A stretch of 62,269 nucleotides of DNA, the filler included, from Gonapodya sp. JEL0774 (lineage: Eukaryota): NCBI GenBank assembly GCA_027604505.1. It is 26 parts of 26 records of this genome, joined end to end, with 100 filler letters (N's around TTAATTAATTAA, not from the genome) between each part and the next. Parts side by side here need not be neighbours in the genome. Positions count along the whole stretch, not along the records: positions 19,275 to 21,576 come from JADIIX010002041.1; positions 21,677 to 23,977 come from JADIIX010002042.1; positions 24,078 to 26,378 come from JADIIX010002043.1; positions 26,479 to 28,777 come from JADIIX010002044.1; positions 28,878 to 31,176 come from JADIIX010002045.1; positions 31,277 to 33,573 come from JADIIX010002046.1; positions 33,674 to 35,970 come from JADIIX010002047.1; 19 more parts are not named here. One strand, written 5' to 3'. Made by a program: the position numbers and the translations under genes. Under the pieces are notes generated by a model, which was not told the DNA's origin, made no database searches, and saw nothing but the letters and a program-made list of their open reading frames with translations. This document shows, piece after piece, positions 21,422-33,898 of this stretch (position 1 is the first letter of the stretch; the number at the start of each line of letters is the position of its first letter).

Positions 21422-21576
21422 CTTCAAGGCTCCCATTCAACTTGCCACCAAGGCAGAAAGCAACAAGACCTGGTGGTAGGGTACATGCAGACATCTTTGG
21501 ACCTGTGAGGACTGAAAGCATCCACCATGAAAGTTACATGCTACTTCTTGTGGATGAAGCATCCCATTTCTTCATG
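21422..21576 (+). mobile_element. Integrase fragment of a second, oppositely oriented copia element interrupted by the first
   Basis: SRLPFNLPPRQKATRPGGRVHADIFGPVRTESIHHESYMLLLVDEASHF, the copia integrase H-x-D-x-x-GP...DD motif, starting at the LTR edge. Confidence 0.8.
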
Positions 21577-21676
21577 NNNNNNNNNNNNNNNNNNNNNNNN
21601 NNNNNNNNNNNNNNNNNNNNTTAATTAATTAANNNNNNNNNNNNNNNNNNNNNNNNNNNNNNNNNNNNNNNNNNNN

Positions 21677-21747
21677 GAGAGAGGGGACGGGGAGAGAGCG
21701 AAGAGTGCGAAGGATGCGATGGGGAGGGCGAAGAGAGAAACGCGCAT
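21677..21747 (-). CDS. Signal-peptide start of a secreted protein (truncated)
   Basis: MRVSLFALPIASFALFALSPSPL at contig edge. Confidence 0.45.
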
Positions 21748-22643
21748 GTTTGTTGGTTGATTGGAATGCGATGTGATGATTTGGACGCGACGTGGACGTT
21801 GAACTGAAAGAGAGTTGACGCGAGTAAGAAGTGATGAGATGGGAGATGTCAACTGTGATGAGTGGTTGACTCTGATGGACTTTCAAATGAAAATCACTCG
21901 TCTTATGAAGGTCCCTTGGGTGGCGCAGCCCATTCATCCGACCACAGGCCGGCACGTGATTCGTGATTTTACGCGTTGAAGGGTCATGTTATTGACGTGA
22001 TATTTTACGTCGCAATGGAATTGCCTCCACGCGTTTGAGTTTGTGAGGCGATGAATGATTATTCCCTCGAACCGTTCAAGGCGACAGGCGTGCAAAGTCG
22101 CGTCTGGTCGTGTCGTGGGAGGTCCAAGGACGGATGATTGAAACAAGACACGGGGGCCGATGTGGACGCTGATTGTCATGTGTTGAGTGGATGTGTGTGG
22201 TTTTATGTATTGTGGAAAATACCCTCGGTAAAACCGGGGGGGCTATATTCAATCAGGGTTCTCGACTTTGTTCAAGAACTATTTTGGCTGTTCGAAGGAG
22301 GTACTATCTATATTACTCAGATTTTATGAGGGAACGAAATTCTTCAAGTCAAATGATAAACGTTACACGTAATTGAAATCCATGCGTGTCGAGACGTAAG
22401 ATCACACCCTATGTAATCCGCAGAGGAAGCCAAGAGAATGATCACCAGCGGCACGGTGAAATCAGACTCGTCCCACACGGAACAGTGTCGTCCACTCGCG
22501 GGATGACATGCCCGAATCGGCAGCTTCAGGCACCTGCTCCCTGAACTTGGCGGGCCGACACTCCTGACAGTTCCCATTCTCCAATCTTCTTTGCGTTGAT
22601 CGCCTCCCATTCTTGCCATTTCCGTCAGTTTGTTTGCGACTCA

Positions 22644-23977
22644 ATGACTTCCATTGCGCATAGCCCGGATGTGTCTCGGTACCCAGACTTGGTCGTCACC
22701 AACGGCAGAATCACCACCATGGTCGGCACGAGCCAAGTCGAAGCCATGGCCGTTGCTGCAGGTCGAATCGTGGCGATCGGAACGACCGCGAACGTTTCCG
22801 CGTTGGTCGGACCGAACACCCGGGTGGTCGATCTGAAGGGAAAGCGAGTGATACCGGGACTGGTGGACGCACACAATCACGGCGTGAAAGGGTGCCTTGC
22901 GACTCATTTCGCCTGCAAGTTTCCATTTTCGGTGACTCCAGATGACCTCGAACGGGCTCTGTACGATTTCATGGACCGGAACCCCACCGCCCAGTTCGTC
23001 ATGGGCGGTCGGTACGGGAGCGACTTCTTCTCCAAATACGCCGACGTGCTCCTTCCCACGCCGCGGGCCTGGCTTGACGCACGGTCTCGCGGTAAAGCGG
23101 TGTATCTCCGAGAGTATTCCGGGCACGATGGATGGGCCAATTCCAAAGCGATGGAGTACTTCGGTATAACCAAGGACACGCCAGATCCCGTGGGCGGGAG
23201 AATCGTGAGGGATAAGGTGACGGGAGAACCTACAGGGCCCATGGTAGAAGAATCAGACGTCAAGTGTCGTCTCGCGTGGCCGGATTGGAGTGCCGAACAG
23301 TACTACGCGTCGGTGTTGGAACTCTGCAAAATTGCAAACGGGTTCGGGATCACAGGGAGTACAGACGCAGACGCAAACGAGGGAATCTTGCGCGCGTTCA
23401 AACGCGCCGACTCTGAGGGTCGCCTGTCGTTGCACGTTGCTGCCGCTCAAACCACACCCTATGGGCACCGTGAGGTACCCCTCGATTACGCCCTCCACGA
23501 ACGTTGGCGGGACATGTACGCATCCCCCCATGTTGACACTCGGTACATCAAGATCTATCTCGACGGCGTCCCGCTGAACGATTCTCGCACGGCCTTTCTG
23601 GTAGAGCCCTACCTCCCCGACCCACAGAACCGCTTCCCACCAGACCACCGTAGCCACGCTCACGTGCCACACTCAGTGCTTGCCAACGATTACATTGAGC
23701 TGGATCGCCGCGGGTTCACCATCAAGACCCACTGCTGCGGTGATGGTGCGGTGCGAGCGACCCTGGATGCCATCCAAGCAGCCCGGAAGGCCCACTCTTC
23801 TTCCGCGCCGGCTGCAGACCAACCCCGCCACGAAGTCGCCCACTGCAATTTCGTCTCCCCGCCTGACATTCCCCGCTTCCGCGAGCTCAACGCTGTCGCC
23901 GAAGTCTCACCGTACCTCTGGTCTGGCGACTCGTGCGTCCAGGACACTCGACTGGCCGTTGACACTACCACGCTTTC
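22644..23977 (+). CDS. Amidohydrolase 3 family (YtcJ-like) metal-dependent hydrolase, intronless, 3' truncated
   Basis: DLVVTNGRITTM...AMAVAAGRIVAIG...VVDLKGKRVIPGLVDAHNH; SGHDGWANSKA; IKIYLDG; HCCGDGAV; HEVAH. Confidence 0.9.
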
Positions 23978-24077
23978 NNNNNNNNNNNNNNNNNNNNNNN
24001 NNNNNNNNNNNNNNNNNNNNNTTAATTAATTAANNNNNNNNNNNNNNNNNNNNNNNNNNNNNNNNNNNNNNNNNNNN

Positions 24078-24149
24078 CTTGGTGATGGGCCAGTAGCGAG
24101 TCTGGCCAGAAGCGGTAATGAAAGAGAAATAAGCGAGAGCGGGGGGCAT
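24078..24149 (-). CDS. 5' fragment of an unidentified gene
   Basis: MPPALAYFSFITASGQTRYWPITK running into the contig edge after a pyrimidine-rich leader. Confidence 0.3.
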
Positions 24150-24599
24150 GATTGTAGATGTGTTGGGGATTAGAGGCGTAGTGGGGAGAGTGTGTCGACT
24201 GGGGGATAAGGGATACGGGTAGAGCGTGGAGTGGGAGTGCAGATGTGATGCAGAGACGAAAGTATTCGGCTATGTAATGGGAGGGAAAGAGACAAGGAAA
24301 CGTGACAAGTCGAGTCGAGTCGAATTGGACTTGGTCCAGTTAATGGAGTCCTCGATTGATTCCGATTCCACGCTGATTCGAGTTTCCACCGCGTCCACCG
24401 CTGCTGATCCGATCTCCTGTTCTTTCCTCTCTTCTTAATCGGTCGACTTCTTGATCGTCCGATTCCGTGGAAATCGCCGGCGGCGGGGTGGGTCGGAATG
24501 GGCGCGAAGGCCTTGTCCCGCAGCGTGCAGGGGCCGCCCAAGGCGGCTCTTCATGTCTGAAGCTATAAACCGTTCACTGCTATTATTACAAGGCAGGAG

Positions 24600-25958
24600 T
24601 CATTTTTGAGACTTCTGCTTCTCCACTGATGCAAGTCTTGCACCATACAATAGTTTTCCATCCACCATTTTCACTGATCTTACTCTCTCCAATCTCTGCA
24701 AAACTGCTGGCCAATTGTCCTTCCAAGATACTTGTTGTTGAATGGGGTCCATGCTATCACCACTGTACAAGTGTATGTTCCATTGCAACACCAGATGTTG
24801 TGGTGCTCCCCTTAGGATCACATCCACAAACAGTTCCAACCATGTAACTAGCTCCTTTGACCCAATATCATCATCACCACCCTCTACTTTTATAGATAGA
24901 TGCCTTAATGCAGGAAACAAAGTCATAAGCATTCCCGACCCCTGAAAGGTTTCTGATAACACAGTCCTCAGCACCCTCATTCTGAGGTGAAGCACATGAA
25001 TGTGTCTCAGACCCATCCAAAAATCATGTCCCACTGAAGATGGTAAGGAATCCAAGTGCCTGTGTCTCAGGGCTTCAATGAGTGTTCCCATATCCAGAAC
25101 ACCAAGCTCCTGCAGATTTGGAAAAATTAAAGGTGCTTGAAGAAAAGTCCAAAGAGAATTATAATCCCAGTCATTGTGTGAGACGATCAAGGAAGTTATT
25201 TTCGAGCAGTGTTGTGCCAATATGCCCTTCTGCAATGAATTCACCACAAATGAATCGGGGTCATCGACAAGGAAGAACCCAGATCCTTGCAACTTTGTTG
25301 CGGATGGAAATCTGGTAAACACAATCTGGAGTCGAGTGATAATCTCCTCCACAGGACAGTGCATATTCATTGAAATCTGACACACAGAGTCCATTATCAT
25401 ATCATCACGAACGTTTCCCAACATCCTCCAATTGGCAGTATTGCGAGGGACAAGAAATTCACGGATCCTGTTGGCCCGAACACAATCCAAAAGCACATGA
25501 AAAGAGTCCATATCTTGCAGGTCACTACTCATGTACCACGCTTGAAGTTTCTGAAGGATCATGGTGTCTTTGATTCGGTGCTCAAGCTGCGCTCTTCGTG
25601 GATTTTTCCGGCAGAGGTTCTGCAGAACGGCATTGTCAATTTGATCACCCAAATCTTTCGGAGTCATCAGATTCTGGGGCGTCAAGAACACAGTCGCCGT
25701 TACAGCTATCCATATTGGGCCTCCGGACGAGTGGAACGCCAGTTTGAACTCTTCTAAACCAACCCAGAAATCTCCAAGTCTCGTTTCAACGACGTTTACG
25801 ATTGTTCCCACTCCAACAGCCTTTCCATGACATCCTGGAATGATGCCGAGTGAAGCGTCATGGAATCTCTGAGAAATGCGAGGTATGACCGAGTAAAACG
25901 TTCCCGGGGACAACAGCCGGAAGATCCGCTGGAGAGTTTCGACAGGAAGGGAATCCAT
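24600..25958 (-). CDS. Intronless F-box protein, IPGC-x-G family
   Basis: MDSLPVETLQRIFRLLSPGTFYSVIPRISQRFHDASLGIIPGCHG; TRFPSATKLQGSGF and APLIFPNL match the 5292-6548 paralog. Confidence 0.8.
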   Translation of the reverse strand: MDSLPVETLQRIFRLLSPGTFYSVIPRISQRFHDASLGIIPGCHGKAVGVGTIVNVVETRLGDFWVGLEEFKLAFHSSGGPIWIAVTATVFLTPQNLMTPKDLGDQIDNAVLQNLCRKNPRRAQLEHRIKDTMILQKLQAWYMSSDLQDMDSFHVLLDCVRANRIREFLVPRNTANWRMLGNVRDDMIMDSVCQISMNMHCPVEEIITRLQIVFTRFPSATKLQGSGFFLVDDPDSFVVNSLQKGILAQHCSKITSLIVSHNDWDYNSLWTFLQAPLIFPNLQELGVLDMGTLIEALRHRHLDSLPSSVGHDFWMGLRHIHVLHLRMRVLRTVLSETFQGSGMLMTLFPALRHLSIKVEGGDDDIGSKELVTWLELFVDVILRGAPQHLVLQWNIHLYSGDSMDPIQQQVSWKDNWPAVLQRLERVRSVKMVDGKLLYGARLASVEKQKSQK

Positions 25959-26191
25959 TCCGAGGCCAAAACAACGAGCTTTAAAGTTGCACTACGGATC
26001 AATTGGTGTTTTGGACTTCGATCGCCTTGGGGAGTATGTTTTAGGTGTAGGGAGTTTGATGGACGCAAACCAGCATTCCGAACTCAACGTATAGTTTTAG
26101 GCTTCAAAGACGTGGGAGCGGAATCCCACGTCTCGTTTATTCGGTTAAAAGTGTAGAGGGCCGAGTTGCCCAGAGTAGATAAACGGCTAGT

Positions 26192-26377
26192 CTAAATAGG
26201 ACTACTGCTGGCAAGAGTGGAAATCTGACCCAGCGCGTCCACCCCGCCTTGTGGGGTTGAATTCGAGCTGTCCACCTCCATCCCCCCAGTCAAAGTCGCG
26301 ACTTCTGCCAAATCAGTCAGGATCCGCTCCAGAACGGCAACTCTTGCCGTGATATCGTCCAGACGGAGGGTTAAGTT
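26192..26377 (-). CDS. 3' end of a hypothetical protein
   Basis: Open frame NLTLRLDDITARVAVLERILTDLAEV...SSSPI* from the contig edge. Confidence 0.35.
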   Translation of the reverse strand, partial: NLTLRLDDITARVAVLERILTDLAEVATLTGGMEVDSSNSTPQGGVDALGQISTLASSSPI

Positions 26378-26801
26378 GNNNNNNNNNNNNNNNNNNNNNN
26401 NNNNNNNNNNNNNNNNNNNNNNTTAATTAATTAANNNNNNNNNNNNNNNNNNNNNNNNNNNNNNNNNNNNNNNNNNNNCAACCGGAGCACTCAGGGGACT
26501 CGAGTGATACTCACGCGGATCGCGCTGACACACCGATTTCGAGCCTCCCCCCTCTCATAGAGTCACGCTCTTTTTTCGACTGTGATAAGGACCGTGATAA
26601 GGACCAGTGGCCAGACATGCACTTAGTAGGGATGCCCGTGGTTGAGCATGGTCCCATACTCCCTCCAGTGATTCTAGGTAATGTCTGGAAATGTACAGTG
26701 TGTGACGGTCACTGGCAGTGCGAGGTCCGCAACGATTATGTGAGTCCAATGATGGAACATAAGGATATCCCCTGAAATGTGATGAGGATATTGGTGTTTT
26801 T

Positions 26802-28777
26802 CACAGGTAAAATCTTTCGAAAGCTGTGTCGAAGAAATCAAACTCCATTGGCTCCAACATCTTCAGACGCTCATCGAGCTGTGGAATGCTGAGCACTCGG
26901 GAAGCGAGGTGCAAATCAAGCCACACATACGTGAACGGATCCAGCCATAAGCATTACGTATTACCTGCTGCAAACCCAGTACTGATATCATTCATTCACT
27001 TCTTGTGATGCACGTATATTTCATCTGAACCTTTGTTTCTGGTTTAACGAACTCACTGTCGTTCAAAGATATTTTCCAATAATTTCGTGCGTGGATGATT
27101 AATCTTACATTGCAATACGACAGTAACATAAATCTTGGATATACGAGATAAACGGAGTGTGGGACTCCACGAGAACATTCTTCTGCATCAAGTGCACCCA
27201 CTGGTTCCAGTCAACGCACAATCGTCTATGACTGGACTTCACCATGAGCATGGAGCAGATGGTATTTGAGGCCTCCGGCCGATGTGTACTTCTTGGTGCA
27301 TTCATCGAAATGGCACCGAAACTGCCGACGATTCAGCGCGAATCAGACACGTTCAAGATAGGTGGATTCAGAATCGCGCTCTCACCAATGCCTCAATATC
27401 CGGTCGGTCACAACGACGAAGAATCGTCATCTTGTGGAAATTGCGCTGTTTCGATAAGAACCGTTGTTGGAAGGCAATCTACACGAATCACTTCCGGTTT
27501 ACAACTCACCTTGTGATACTTCAATCCCCCCAAGTTCCTGTATATCTTACCACATCCTTCAACCGCACAAACGTATTTCTTTTTCTCCTTCCTAACCTTG
27601 CCGGTCGCAGTCAGCTCGTACTGCTCCGTTATGGACGTGTTCGTGTCCGCCATCGCCATGTCTGTCGCATTACTGTCCTCCGCCGAGTCAAAATCCACTT
27701 TACCATTAATCCATTTGTGCTCAATTTCATGGTCCTCTATTCGTGTAAGGCGTCTTCGCGTCGTCGGTGGCTGACTATTTCGCGAGCGCTGACGGGACGC
27801 AGAACCCCCCTTACCAACGTAATCATCATCGTCATCCGAGTCTCCTCCTTCGCTAGCATCATCATCGTCCAGGAGAATGTCCTCCACAACTTCGGACTCC
27901 TCTGAGATCGCACGAGAACGAGCACGCTTCGCCGAAGGAACCGTTCGGGTTGGTTCCCTGTCACCGATATCCCTTTCCTGTGAATCACCGCTGCTGTTTC
28001 GCACATTTGGAGCAGACGTTGGACGCATCGTCACTACCTCGGGGAGTCTGTGCTCCTCAGACGTTCCCTGGATCTTACCCTCCGGAGCGGTTGATCTAGC
28101 AGGGGTGCTCGGTCGGGATGTGGAAACAACTCGGGAGACTGAGTTCGGAGGAGACGCAGTCGAAAGGATTTGATGTTGGGGTTCTGGAGAGGACACCGAT
28201 TTGGACTCCATTTCCAAGGCGAGGGGCGCTGGCCTGGGGGAGGAGTTCCCCTTTGTGGCAGCATGTATACTGAGAATCTGTTGCGAAACGTTAGAAGAGC
28301 TTCCAATCTTTTTCAAACTCTCCATTGGGCTTAGCGTCGGGTGGAATGTACTGGAACTTGTGTTCCCGTTTGGGGGTAACTGCATCGGGGACTTCGGGGG
28401 AGTGGGCAAGATCTCCGACATCGGCACAACTGGTCCAGTCGGACCATACGGTAGGTGCCACACTTGCGATGGTGGTGAGTGATGGTAAGCCATTTGCGCG
28501 GAGTTGGCTGGGATAATCGAAGTGATTTGCCCGGTGGCGGTATCCACCACAGCGTACGCAGTTGCTTGCGGGGGATACGGCATTGAAGCATAGGTATTCA
28601 TGTAGCTCATAGAGTTGACATCGCCAGGAGAATGAGCGGTAGGGTTCGGGGGTGGGTTCGCGTACTGATAGGGTACCTGGTTCATCTGGGGAAAGCCGGT
28701 GGACGGAGTTCTGAAAAGAATGGCCTGTGGCTGTGATTGCGGAGAAGTGGCGAACATTTGCGGGGATACGGTTAAAT
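26802..28777 (-). CDS. C2H2 zinc-finger transcription factor, Sfp1-like fingers (5' probably truncated)
   Basis: YVCAVEGCGKIYRNLGGLKYHK and FRCHFDECTKKYTSAGGLKYHLLHAH; long Pro/Ser-rich N-terminal region; 3' exons approximate. Confidence 0.75.
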
Positions 28778-29180
28778 NNNNNNNNNNNNNNNNNNNNNNN
28801 NNNNNNNNNNNNNNNNNNNNNTTAATTAATTAANNNNNNNNNNNNNNNNNNNNNNNNNNNNNNNNNNNNNNNNNNNNCGAGCTGGAGCGGAGCTTCCACG
28901 CGATTGACAAAGTAACCACTGCATTGGAAAAGTGGTTCAGGGACAATGTTGATTCCAAGATCGCATGAAGCTATTGAGTGATTTCCATCGAACGGAGAGT
29001 CCAACTAGACTCTGTTGACACTGATTTCATTCTAGTCGCCTGCACGATTATCGACCGATTATATTTTGTGCATATTCAAATGTATCAGCATGTGCAGTTC
29101 CGGTAAAATGTGTTTTGCCTTTCTCCTCCCTGGAAGCCGCCGAGACATGTGAAATACCGCAGTCGTCAGGAAGAATCAGG

Positions 29181-31090
29181 ATGGTGATTTGGCAGCCCTT
29201 AATATCCCACATGGCAACCAATGGTACTGAATCGTGTCCAATACTTATGTAACCGATTCCATCATCGTCTCCGCGGCAGGGCGCGTCCTGGCTCCCCGCC
29301 CGTCAGGCCCACGAGGATCATTCCACACCACCAGAGCCGATTGCCGCTCTATTGACAACGAATGAGCAATCAGGGACAGGATTTTCTGCTGCCATCATTG
29401 CATCGTCAACCACGTCTCATTCCACGGTCGCAGAAATCAGGAGACGTCAACGCGGTGCAACAGCGAAGGATCTTAGTGCAGAGGACCATGACACGTCAGC
29501 TCAGGTGGCCGGGACCTCTGGTGAGCTTATTGGCTGTCTGAGATGCTCGGCCGGGTGGTACTGAAGAAGAGTTGTGGTATCGACCCTCCACAAAGCAGAT
29601 ATAACGTGCACCACCGACACTCATCAGGAAGTGAACCAAACACTCCATTCAAGCAAGACGACACGACAGTCACTGGTGTATCACACCCCGCTATGGGCGC
29701 CTTCTGGCGAATCTAAGCTCACCACCACGTTTTTCGATGTTCCAGTGTGGATGCAGGACAATGAATACATCTTTTCGGGGTGAGTACATCGTAAATTTCA
29801 ATGCACTTATTGGAAATAGAATGGAACCATAGCTCTGTCTCCATGGCAGGTATCGCCGCCCTACCAATTCCAAGACCCTCTCATTTTACACCATATTCTA
29901 TTTGCACAACGAGACTGTCAACATCTGGTCCCACCTTATGGGCAGTCTTTTGTTTATTTTTGTTCTTACACCCGTGACGTATTTCCACTACTTGCCCGAT
30001 ATTCTCGGAATATCCGCGACGGCGAAAACCGTTTGGAGTTCAATGGACGGAGTGATGATAGCAGCGTTTCTCGTGGGGGCAGCGGCTTGCCTGGGAATGA
30101 GTGCGACATATCACACTCTGTGTTGTACGTCCGAGAAGGTGCGTGAGCTTACCATTTATGGAAAGGGCGTTACGACCGATCCGGAATTTACTCAGAACCG
30201 CAACGGTAGATTGCCATCGCGTATAACAAGCTTGATTACGCCGGGATCATCGTACTGACGGGTAAGTGGACAGACTATTAATCTTTGTACTAAGTAAATT
30301 GTGTCATAATCCCCAATTTTCGCCTCTTGTAATTCTGTTCAATATCATCAAGTGGCGTCGTTTGGCCCCGCTCTGCATTATGGATTCTACTGCCAACCTA
30401 CAACAGCACACATTTATATCGCTCTTCAAGCCGTCTTAGGCTTGTTTTCGGTGAGCAACATGAGAGAACGTGATTCGTTTGTCTTCAAAGGATCAATTTC
30501 ATACGTTTTGATGTTTCCGGTCAGCTTTTCGTGATCCTCAGTCCCCGCTTTGTCACTCCTACCTTCCGAGCGTTCCGCGCTGGGGTTTTTGTCGTTTTCG
30601 GACTTGCTGGGGTTGTCCCTGTTCTCCACTTTAGTCTTGCAAACGGGGTGGGTCATTACTGTTCAGTGCGCTGATTCACCAACTTTGTGTTCTCATCGAC
30701 AAATTGCGTATATATCCTTGTTACTTCTTGCTTCAATTCAGTGGGAGTACGCACTTCGTGGCGGTTCTGTCGGCTACCTTCTTGCTATGGCCATATGTTA
30801 CATTGGCGGTGCATGGTTGTATTCGATTCGCTGGCCCGAGTCATGGTGGCCTGGTAGATTTGATGTGAGTGATCTCCCTGTTTCTGCATCTTCGTTTCAT
30901 TACACTCACCCCCCTCTAATTCTCTACTAAGTATTGGTTCCAATCGCATCAAATCTTCCATGTCTTGGTCGTAGCTGCCGTCTTGTTTTACTGGTTTGGA
31001 ACCATCTCGCAGGCAAGGTGGTGGCATGGTGGTGCCATTATGGAGGGCGGAACCGTGTGGCAAGGATTAGAAAATTGCATTCGATGGTGA
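29181..31090 (+). CDS. PAQR / adiponectin-receptor-like (Izh family) membrane protein
   Basis: PVWMQDNEYIFSG|YRRP, HNETVNIWSHL, SATYHTL, KLDYAGI, RWPESWWPGRFD, SHQIFHVLVV; start codon uncertain. Confidence 0.9.
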
Positions 31091-31276
31091 ATTCGAACCT
31101 GAATGCTGTCTGATTGGAGGACCCTCCCGTGCTGATTTCGAGAACCTAGATTATCATGAACTCTCATTTTGCACATNNNNNNNNNNNNNNNNNNNNNNNN
31201 NNNNNNNNNNNNNNNNNNNNTTAATTAATTAANNNNNNNNNNNNNNNNNNNNNNNNNNNNNNNNNNNNNNNNNNNN

Positions 31277-31910
31277 TGAAGGTTCGTAATCAACCTCTTC
31301 TGCTGTTGAATGCGGGCTGTACGGTCGCTCCGTGTCAGAGTTCGGTCGGATTTCGTTTCTGTATCGAGACGCCCAATCAACTTTCGAGCACGCTGGAGAC
31401 GGGCCTCAATGGCCTGAGTGACATCGGAGATATCATTGCGGACAGCTATTGTAAAAGAGTTAGCTAAGAAAATGAAAGGAATGAGAGTTCAGCCGACTCG
31501 GCTCACCATATGTTTGCTCCTGCGAAACAGTCAGCAGCGCCTTCGCATGCAGTTGCTCAAGCTCGGGGATCATCCCATCCACATCCTGGAGGAGCCTTTT
31601 AACTTCGTCGAGCTGAGAATCGGCGGTGAGGTACACCAACTCGGGGCAACACTCGTTTTTCACCCACCTCAGAGAAAAAGTTGTTCTGAGAGCTCTGAGC
31701 GGTCATGGGAATCAAGGTAGCTTCAGATGATTGTCCGTAGTAGTCTTGTTGCCCATAGGAGTCTTGACCCCGTTGTCTGCCAGACTGCTGACCCTAAAAT
31801 GAAAGGGAAACATGGGATGAGGACGGTGAGCGTCCAGCGATCAAACGTTGCACTACCAAAAGCTCTTCACGAGTGCGATTTTTGTTAGTAGAGTCCCCGC
31901 TCGCTCCCAT
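31277..31910 (-). CDS. Syntaxin (Sso1/syntaxin-1-like) N-terminal Habc region, 3' truncated
   Basis: NNFFSE|LDEVKRLLQDVDGMIPELEQLHAKALLTVS...|...SDRTARIQQQKRL helical-bundle pattern. Confidence 0.6.
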
Positions 31911-32207
31911 TCAATCCGTCCGTTCCAAAAACGATCAGGGGACAGGCGCCACGATCCTCGCCTATTTCTCTCCCAAATGTTGCTTACACTTACCCTCACA
32001 TCACCAAGGCGGTCACGCTGAGCCATCAGAGCAAGCGAACAAAGGTAGGGAGAATCGTTGGGCGAACGTTCAATTCAGCAACCGCCAAAGGTGCGTGGCG
32101 CTGTCAGTGCACATCAGAGGCACGTATCTTTCTTGCAATTTATTACTATTTACAAAACCATACGGAATTCTACACTTTAATTGCCTCCCGTTCCAGGTCG
32201 ACTGGGG

Positions 32208-33573
32208 CTAACCGGAGATGAAAAGGCATCCTCCCCCACTTTAGCTCTCTCTTTGCGCTTTTGCCCTGTAATCATATGAGGAAGAGTCGGTCAAACAGAT
32301 CTAATGGAATAACGCCAGACGGCAGCTTCTCAGCTCACCTCTGAACGAGAACCCTACAAAGGCCAGTTTCTGCCTTAATTGGAGTACATGCTCGTCTTCT
32401 TCCTGATTTTCGTATCCTTCATTTGCTTCCTTCCAGAATTTGTACACGTCCTCTTCCGTTACTTCTTCAAAGTGGGACGTGTCCGATGCATTCGACAGCT
32501 CAGGCACAAAAGGCGGCCGAGAGCGCCCCTTCTCGAGTGCCGCCCAGTCGATGCCGGCGAACCACGGGTGTTGCTTAATCTGCAAAGCGTCCGAGAACTG
32601 CTCAGGAGGTACATTGTGTGGGCGGTTCATTTCGGCAGCCAGTTTGAGATTGCACCCCAGCCGGTCTTCTTTTTCGCAACACAGACTCGAAATGAAGTCG
32701 ATCGCAGCGATCCCCACGGCGGGTTTGGAAGGAAAGCGGAGAGTTTGTCGCCAGTTAATTATCTTTACTTTTGTGTTTTGACGATTCTTGCTACAGAATG
32801 GCGGGTATCCTTGAGGGTTGTCTGTGAATTGGAAAGTTCAACGGAGCAGATCAAGTCTTTCACTCACCAAACACCATCTCAAAAACAATCACACCCAAGC
32901 TCCACCAATCACAACCTTTGCCATACCCGGTGCCCTTGAGCACCTCAGGTGCCGTGTAGTTCTGAGTGCCCACCACTGAAAACGCCATCTGTTTGCGGTG
33001 GCGCTGCCGCCAAACCAAAATTTTCTCTCGCGACGGAGTAGCTGTCAGAGTATCGTCATCCGTAGCGTCAAAGTCCATACTATTGGTATTCGCCAACAGG
33101 TTTCCTTTGGAACCTCCCCTGCTGTTACTACCATTCTTTCCAGGCAACGGCGGTGGTGGCCGCCCGCCTCGTGCACTCCCAGCGCTCTGGCTCGAAGTGA
33201 CAGTGGTGATGACCGACTGTCGCATATCATCATAGTAAGAGCTATCGTGCGCCCAGTGGAAATCTGTGGCGAGTCCGAAATCAGACAGTCGGATATGACC
33301 CTGAGCGTCGAACAGGAAGTTGTCAGGTTTGACATCACGATGACACACGCTGCAGATAGTAAATGCGAGATGTGAGAATCCACGAAAACAGCAATGTACT
33401 CCAATTTGCACCCACCCATGCTTGTGGGCCTCCTCGATGCACAACACCATTTCGGCAGCGTAAAACCTGGCAAAGTCCTCCTCGAAAATATCTTTCCTGA
33501 TCAACAGTCCCAGTAAATCTCCTCCAGCCATGTATTCCATCACAAAGTATAGGAATTCCTCGTCCTGGAATGC
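32208..33573 (-). CDS. AGC-family NDR/LATS-type Ser/Thr kinase (5' truncated)
   Basis: FQDEEFLYFVMEYMAGGDL, HRDVKPDNFL, LSDFGL, long insert, AFSVVGTQNYTAPE, CDWWSLG, C-terminal DTSHFE...LAFVGFSF hydrophobic motif. Confidence 0.92.
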
Positions 33574-33898
33574 NNNNNNNNNNNNNNNNNNNNNNNNNNN
33601 NNNNNNNNNNNNNNNNNTTAATTAATTAANNNNNNNNNNNNNNNNNNNNNNNNNNNNNNNNNNNNNNNNNNNNGAGTTCTTTTGGGGAGAGTATGACCCT
33701 GAAGGAGGGGACGGAAGTGCGGCAAGGAAAATGTCGAAAAATGATGAACGTGAGTAATGAGCAGCGTTGTTGAATTTGAACCGTGATCCCAATTATATCA
33801 TGGAGCGTGTTCTGTCGATCTGTCATCTCTTCAACCCAAAACTAATACAATTATTTAACCCAACGACACACCACCTCCCACACGAACTCTCCACTCAG

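Noticed and set aside
30950..31000. PAQR TM7 has Tyr where many homologs have a later His
   Set aside because: The zinc-binding SxxxH and HQIFH motifs are intact, so there is no evidence of lost function.
32990..33240. Long insert in the kinase activation segment
   Set aside because: An insert between subdomains VII and VIII is a normal NDR/LATS feature.
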